Assembly: GCA_951406725.2 (NCBI GenBank)
Contig: OX597823.1
Coordinates: forward strand, 115,134,001 to 115,198,000
DNA: 64,000 nt
Direction of reading: 5' to 3'
Source of the DNA: Octopus vulgaris
Lineage: Eukaryota
Shown in pieces: positions 56,161 to 64,000 of the stretch (position 1 is the stretch's first letter; the number at the start of each line of letters is the position of its first letter). The notes under the pieces were generated by a model, which ran no database searches, was not told the DNA's origin, and saw only the letters and a list, made by a program, of their open reading frames with translations. The translations under genes and the position numbers were made by a program.

Positions 56161-56209
<49 letters not shown>

Positions 56210-56769
56210 CTTTTTATATATATATGTATACTTATATATACACATGTATATATACATGCATGTATCACGTATGTATGCATGTATGTGAGCATGTATATAT
56301 ACTATCGCCATACATCTCGTATAACCGTGAGCTGTGTGTCATACATCAGCAATGGGACATCGATCAGCTAGCAAAGTGAAGCTGTCATCGAAAACATACG
56401 GATCGGAGGGGGGGGGTGGCGCGGACTCAGTGTATTAAAGGCCCTCGGGGAAAAGCTGTTTACTGGACCCCTTTGAATGTGTGTTTTAGTAGAGTTAACC
56501 TGTAGAGAGCGGGCTCCCCAGAGCTCGGGGCCCTCGGCGCAGTGTTCGATTGACCGACGGTTCAGTCCCTGATACGGATCGATACACATGCATTAATACA
56601 TACATATACATATGCATATACATATATATATATACATATATATGTATATGTATATATGTATATATATATATATATATAAATATATATATACATATATATA
56701 CACGAACATATATGAGAGTGTGTGTGTATATATATATACACGCACGCACATACAAACATATATATATAT

Positions 56770-57033
56770 ATCACCGCGACCAGGCTATCAGATGTTGTTA
56801 CACATCGCTGGTCACAATGCGCTGCGCATTGTTTTAGCCTTCAAATGACGCCACCCCGTTGGCTAAGAGAGCAGGCCAACAGAAGAAAGAGTGAGAGAAA
56901 GTTGCGGCGAAAGAGTACAGCAGGGATCGCCACCACCCCCTGCCGGAGCCTCGCTCAATAAACACTCACAACGCCCGTTCTGAGAATTGAAACCGCGATT
57001 CTACTGCCCTAACCACTAGGCCATTGCGCCTCC
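56770..57033 (-). mobile_element. SINE family 3 copy with internal deletions
   Basis: Homologous to 21067-21379. Confidence 0.88.
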
Positions 57034-57099
57034 ATACATATATATATATTATATATCTCTGTATACATGCGCACACACATACGCATACATATATCTATT

Positions 57100-57130
<31 letters not shown>

Positions 57131-57135
57131 ATGCC

Positions 57136-57171
<36 letters not shown>

Positions 57172-57409
57172 CATTTCAGTCATGGGATTGTGGCCATGTT
57201 GCAGCACCGCCTTGAAGGCCTATCATTTCGTTTTAAGACAGGCACTTATTTTATCGGCCTCTTTCCCCGAACCATTAACTTAGCAGGAAAGTAAACCAAC
57301 CAACGTCGGTTGTCATGCGGTGGGAGGTTAAACACAACCACAAAGACACGCATACAAAAACTTCTGTACGTTTACTTAACATTATTTAGTAGTAAAAATT
57401 TTATTTCGT

Positions 57410-57780
57410 TCCAAATTCCGCCGAGGTCGACTTTGCCTTTCATCCTTTCGGGGTCGACGAAATAAGTACCAATTACGCACTTGGGTCGATCTAATCGATT
57501 AGCCCCTTCCCCAAAAATTTTCAAGGGTTTGTGCCTAGAGTAGAAATAATTATTTAGCAGAAGGAAGGCGGCGGTCTTGCAAAATCGTTAGAACACCGGG
57601 TGAAGTACCTAGAGGCATTTCGTAAGTCACCGCGTTCTGAGTTCAAATGCCGCAAGGGTCGACTTTGCCTTTCATCCTTTCGGGAGCGGAGAAAATAAGT
57701 ACCAGTTGAGTACTGGGGTCGATGTAATCGACTTACACCCCAAACAAATGTCAGGCCTTGTACCTGTAGTAGAAAAGATT
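57410..57780 (+). mobile_element. Two tandem SINE family 2 copies
   Basis: Core and ggccttgt..tagtagaaa tails repeated. Confidence 0.85.
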
Positions 57781-58650
57781 CTCTAACAGAAGGAATAGTG
57801 AATCAAGGGCGATGAGTTTGGTGCGTTTGCACCTACCAAACTTGTCAAAGTTTGTAAGTGCCAGCACACGAAACTCTCGTTCCTAGACTTACTCTGTTGC
57901 CTTTGCTATGTGTATGTATATATATATATGTGTGTGTGTGTGTGAGTGTGTGTGCGCGCGCAAGCGTGGCTGTGTGGTAAGTAGCTTGCTTCCCAACCAC
58001 ATGGTTCCGGGTTCAGTCCTACTGCGTGGCACCTTAGGCAAGTGTCTTCTACTATAGCTTCGGGCTGAGCAAAACCTTGTGAGTGGATTTGGTAGTCGGA
58101 AACTGAAAGAAGCCCGTCATGTATATATATCTATATATGTATATATATAGTTATCGCCATACTAATATGGCAGTCTTATAAATATAAGACTAAAGCTGTC
58201 GCTGATTAGCTCCAGGAGGCCACCGCCTCAAGCTAGCTATTTGACACACGAACCTGCGTCCATTACATATATATATATACATATATACGACGGGCTTCTT
58301 TTTAGTTTCCGTCTACCAAATCCACTCACAAGGCTTTGGTCGGCCCGAGGCTATAGCAGAAGACACTTGTCTAAGGTGCCACGCAGTAGGACTGAACCCG
58401 GAACTATGTGGTTGGGAAGCAAGCTACTTACCACACTGCAACTCCTACGCCTATAACACGGCAAAATTTCATTTAAAAATTGTTTATTTTTCAGAAAGTT
58501 TTGAAAAACTTACCCTCTACTCCATATATTAAGCTCTTTCTGCACTTTACTTCTATTCGTCTCTCCATTCGCTGTAAAGCGTGACCGAAGAAATCATCAA
58601 ACAACCAACCAATAAAGAATCATTTTTATCAGTTATTATTATATCATTGA

Positions 58651-59040
58651 CTAGCAGTATCGCCCGGCGTTGCTCGGGTTTGTTTTGACCCTTTAGAATT
58701 GGAATTTTTGAAAAGTAAAAGCATTATGTAGCTTGTTATTCTCTTAGGTGAACATTTTTCTGGTTGAAATACACCGAAAAATGGCGACACAGTAGTCAAA
58801 AAATCGTTAAAAATGGGGTTTTTCATAGAAAATAAGCACCTTTTTAATGTAAATAATTTTTGGTGTTAACATGGTCCGATTTGAATTTTTTCTTCTACGG
58901 AAGAAAGAAGAAGCCTTCTTCTCAATTTTGGTCAACTTGCACCGCAGGGTCTCGGAGGAGATAGTGCTAGTTGAAGGCTACAAAACCTGCCACACACACA
59001 CACGCACACAGACAACTTCAGCTTTATATATAGAGAGAGA
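58651..59040 (-). mobile_element. Non-autonomous Helitron
   Basis: Minus strand begins A|TC(TC)nTATATAAAGCTG and ends with hairpin CCCGAGCAACGCCGGG, then CTAG|T. No TSD. Confidence 0.85.
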
Positions 59041-59044
59041 TATA

Positions 59045-59862
59045 AGGTGGTGAATTGACAGAGTCGTCTGCACGCCGAGAAAAAGTCTTAGCAGCATTTC
59101 GTTCAAATTCCGCCGAGGTCGATGAAGTAAGTACACAGTTGAGCACTAGGGTCGATGATACAGACTGGCCCGCTCCTCCCCTAAAACCTCAGGCCTTGTG
59201 CCTTAAGTAGAAACGATTATTGTATAGGACTATAAGGCGGTAAAGTAGCAGAATCGTTAGTATACCGACCAAACTGAAGCTTAGCGGCATTTCGTCCATT
59301 TTTATGCTTTGAGTTCAAATTCCGCCAAAGTTGACTTTACCATTCATCTTTTCGAGGTCGATGAAATAAGTACCAGTTGATTACCGGGGTCGATGTATTC
59401 GACTTAATCCCTCTCTCCTGCCAAATTACTGGCCTTGTACAAAAAATTTGAACCCATTATCATATGAAGGCATAAGGCTGTTTTTACGTTCTGAGTTCAA
59501 ATTCTGACGAGAGCGCTTTTGCCTTTCGTCCTTTGGGGATCGATAAACTAAGTACTACCCAAGCACTAGGCTCAATGACTAATCCCCTCCCGAAAATTTT
59601 CAGGCCTTTTACCTACAATAGAAAAGTTTATCACATAGAGATATATAGGCAGAAACGTTAGCACGCCGGGCGAAATGCTTAGCTGTATTTCGTCTGCCGT
59701 TACGTTCTGAGTTCAAATTCCACCGAGGTCGACTTTGCCTTTCATTCTTTCGGGATCGATAAATTAAGTACCAGTTACTGGGGTCGATGTAATCGACTTA
59801 ATCCGTTTGTCTGTCCTTGTTTGTCCCCTCTATGTTTAGCCCCTTGTAGGCAATAAAGAAAA
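59045..59862 (+). mobile_element. Array of about four SINE family 2 copies
   Basis: Repeated heads and cores in the same orientation. Confidence 0.8.
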
Positions 59863-60311
59863 AAGCGATATATAGGCGTGGCCATGTGAGATAGAAGCTT
59901 TCTTCCCAACCACGTGGTCTTCAGTTCAATCCTACTGCTCGGCACCTTCGGCAAAAAGACTTCTACTATAACTTCAGGCCGAGTGACTGAAATTGGTAGA
60001 CGGAAAGTGAAAGAAACCAATCATGTAATATATGTCTGCCTAATTCTTCCTATCTAAATGTGTGGTTCTTTGTGTTTTGCCCTGCACCACAGCTTGACAA
60101 CCGGTGTTCGTTAGTTTACGGCTCCATAACTTAGAGACTCGGCATAAACGACCAATAGAATAAGTTCTCCGATTTAAAAAAAAAAAAACAAAAGTAAGGT
60201 CAGATCGATTTGTTCGATAAACCCTACAAAGCGGTGCCCCAACATGGCCGCAGTCGAATGAGTAAAACAGGTAAAAAAATAAAGGACATAAATATTCAGA
60301 GTGTGTGTGTT

Positions 60312-60392
<81 letters not shown>

Positions 60393-60919
60393 TTGTGTGT
60401 GTATGTGAGTGTGCTTGTATGTGTGTGTGTGTATGTGTGTGTGTGTGCGTATGTGTGTGTGTGTGTGCGTGTGTGTGTGTGTGTGTGTGTCTCACACCCT
60501 CACCTGCCTGTGGCGCCACCTGTTTTGTTATAGTTGTTCTTTGTTTCCACACCAACATTGTTCAAACCACTCCCCTCACCTGCCCCCTCCCCCCCCCACA
60601 TCACTTATCCACTTTACGTTTCACACAGATTTACGTCTGCCCGACTCCGCCCTCCCCTCCCTCCTCTCCTCTCTCCTTCTCTCTCTCTCTCTTTCAATCA
60701 CTCCAATCACTCGCTTATGTCTGACTCTCATTTCTCTCTCTCCTCTTCCATTCATCTCTTTCTTTCTCTTTGTAGATATATGGAAGTTTTACCTATTGCA
60801 CTCACTCTTTTTTCTTTTTCTACATTCATTATCCACTTCCCCTCCCTTACACACACACACAAACACACACACACGTGAGTGTTTGAGATATAGATAGATA
60901 GATAGATAGACAGATAGAT

Positions 60920-60986
<67 letters not shown>

Positions 60987-61091
60987 CAGATTGGTATATA
61001 CAATATTTATTAATGCATGTTTGCATGCACATAGGTATGTATGTATGCATGTATGTATATATGTACAGTGTGTGTACTGTATATATATATA

Positions 61092-61155
<64 letters not shown>

Positions 61156-61715
61156 ATATATATATATTATATATATATATACGCATGCATGTATATAAGT
61201 ATGTGTGCATGTATATACGTATAGATATGTAGTTATGTATGTATGTTTGTATGTATGCATGTATGTACTTATGTGTGTATTTATCTATGCATGTTATGTG
61301 CGTATGTATGTATGTATGTATGTATGCATGCATGTATGTATGTATGTATGTATGTATGTATGTATGTATGTATGTATGTATGTATGTATGTATGTATGTA
61401 TGTATGTATGTATGTATGTATGTATGTATTCGGAGATATACACATCTAGCAAACGATCAGAAGTCGTGCGTTGAAACTAGAAGCAAACTAGATCAAGGAA
61501 GAACCGATTAATAACATACGAAGCTGTTAAATTCACTTTAAATTTTAATATCTTTTATGAGGTGAGAAAATCTTCGCCGTACAACCGCGACCTGGTCACT
61601 GATTCAGTTTCACAGCAGACAAAAAGAATATCTGGCACCTCATGCAATCAATTTAAATTTACAGCGAATTTACCAACTTTATATGCAGCTATTAAATAGC
61701 TCTTTCACAATCAAG

Positions 61716-61757
<42 letters not shown>

Positions 61758-62644
61758 TATAAGTAAATAAGGGTAGAAATCGATATTAATCAATTAAAAC
61801 CAGTGATCTAGCATATTTTTAAAAAATCCGAAGATTAAAATTTTTATACATAAAAAATTTAGTGGTCATTCCTCTAAATTTTTTATGTATATATATATAT
61901 ATATACACATACACACGCACATATACTCACACAAGTATGGATGGATGAATGGATGTGTATATACGTCTGTATATATGTGTGTGTATGTGTGTGTGTGTGT
62001 AAATGTATGTGATGGGGTTGAGGTTTTACTAATTTGCGTTTTATCGACGTGCATGGGACCAAGCATCGCTCCAATTTTAGCACGTGTTGCTCAATACACA
62101 CACATACAGACACACACACATACAGACACACACATACACACTATATACACATCAGAGAGGCCTTTATTTTTCAACTTTCTAAAAGTTTAGCTCCCACCCC
62201 ACGATCTTGTTCCAATTAACAAAAAACCAATCTATGCCAAATTTTAGCTCAATCAAACAACTGCAAGGCGCCCCTCATCAACCATGATATTTTCGTCCGG
62301 AAAGTCATTTTTTCAGATAAAAATTTTTTCATCTCTTATATAATCTCTTAAATTAAAAACCTGTTCAGACTTATTCTTGGTAATAGAAGGATAAGTGACA
62401 ATAAACAATGGAGAAGGCAACTTGCAAAGCTGGGGACAGAGCGCATTTATAGGGCAACACCTATTTTTCGCTGTCATCGAGTCGGTGGCCAGCCGTAAGT
62501 GAGTGAGGTTGTGAGTTGCGTTCGTCCGTTGATGGGATTCTACTGCACCTAATGGTAGTGTTGAGAATTAATATATTTAGAAATATACATCAGTGATAAA
62601 CAGTGAACTAATATGACTTGTTTGCGTTTGTAAATATAAGTTAA

Positions 62645-63132
62645 CTAGCAGTATAGTCCGGCGTTGGTCAGGTTTTGCTTTTTTAGTTGCGCTTAAAACG
62701 GCAGACTTTGATATCGCGATAACAAAGTTTTGTTCGCTAAAAACCAATGACATCACAAAAACATTCTTTTCGATCCTTTAGAATTGGAATTTTTGAAAAG
62801 TAAAAATTTTGCATTATGTAGCTTGTTATTCTCTTTCAGTGAACATTTTTCTGGTTGAAATACACCGAAAAATGGCGATACAGCAGTCAAAAAATCGTAA
62901 AAAGTAGAGATTTTCATAGAAAAAAGTACCTTTTTGATGTAAATTATTTTTGGTGTTAACAATGTCCGATTTAAATTTTTTCTTCTACGGAAGGAAGAGC
63001 AAGCCTTCTTCTATCATACTCTCAATTTGGGTCAACTTGCGCCGCAGGGTCTCGGAGGAGATAGTGTTAGTTGAAGGCTACCAAACCTGCCACACACACA
63101 CACACAGAAAACTTCAGCTTTATATATATAGA
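62645..63132 (-). mobile_element. Second copy of the same Helitron family (longer variant)
   Basis: High similarity to 58651-59040; A|TC and CTAG|T termini; ~90-bp extra segment near the 3' end. Confidence 0.85.
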
Positions 63133-63570
63133 TTTATTTATTTGTAATAACTTGTAAGCACTCATTCGTTTTGTTGTGGCTCATTATAATATAGATCTTC
63201 CCCTGTTGTGTTGGTAGCCCTGACAAAGTTGTAAACCCACGTTTATAACCTCTCCATTTTTATAATGTTATGTGCTTTGCATACTTATTATCAATGCCTT
63301 TAAACAAAATTTAAAGAAGCGAGGCACACAGAAACACAGTGCAAATTTAAATTCAACGGTTATCAAGAATTAGTGTTGCCCTCGGATGGAAAGCTGCTCC
63401 CAGTACTCACAGGCATTGAAAAGATTGACAGACTGGCAATAGTAGTAACTTTTCAAGGCAAGTAGCAATTGTGGAGAGTCCCTGAAATTCCAACATCTTC
63501 AGAAGAACAGCAAGCTATGGCTTTTCTAGTGTCAGCGGATGGTCGAACGCAGCCACCCTTTATGCTTTTT

Positions 63571-64000
63571 ATAAGGCACCGCTGACTATCTATATAAGGC
63601 ACCGTTGACTATCTATATAAGGCACCGCTGACTATCTATATAAGACACCGCTGACTATCTATATAAGGCAGCACTGACTATCTATATAAGGCACCACTGA
63701 CTATCCATATAAGGCACCGCTGACTATCTATATAAGGCACCACTGACTATCTATATAAGGCACCACTGACTATCCATATAAGGCACCGCTGACTATCTAT
63801 ATAAGGTACCGTTGACTATCTATATAAGGCACCACTGACTATCCATATAAGGCACCGCTGACTATCTATATAAGGCACCACTGACTATCTATATAAGGCA
63901 CCACTGACTATCTATATAAGGTACCGTTGACTATCTATATAAGGCACCGTTGACTATCTATATAGGGCACGGTTGACTATCTATATAAGGCACCGTTGAC
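63571..64000. repeat. 23-bp minisatellite (ATAAGGCACCGCTGACTATCTAT), about 18-19 copies, running off the window
   Basis: Directly visible tandem units with few variants. Confidence 0.97.

Noticed and set aside
63571-64000. CRISPR-like regular repeat
   Set aside because: Contiguous tandem units with no unique spacers, in a eukaryotic context.

Overview
AT-rich, microsatellite-saturated eukaryotic DNA. The SINE repertoire and simple-repeat style point to an octopus (coleoid cephalopod) genome; this is inference. Almost all ORFs in the supplied track are microsatellite or SINE artefacts. One host gene is supported on the minus strand: a Myb/SANT-like DNA-binding protein resembling MSANTD4/NAIF1. 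Its coding exons at 48009-47035 and 5321-4641 join in phase 0 across a ~41.7 kb GT-AG intron, giving ~551 aa if there are no internal exons. The rest is mobile DNA: four tRNA-derived SINE families, a CR1/L2-group LINE 3' fragment, a probable Tx1/L1-type fragment, two non-autonomous Helitrons, hAT- and mariner-type MITEs, a MITE carrying TTAGGG repeats, and tandem repeats. The most notable signals are (i) an ~850-bp imperfect palindrome (1967-2818) with a hammerhead-ribozyme motif in each polarity and an unusual mismatch spectrum; (ii) several minimal Penelope-type hammerheads, one an apparently intact U3-A8 variant in the sense strand of the intron; and (iii) a SINE and a LINE sharing a 3' tail with a covarying hairpin. 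All alignments and folds were done by eye, and repeat boundaries are approximate.
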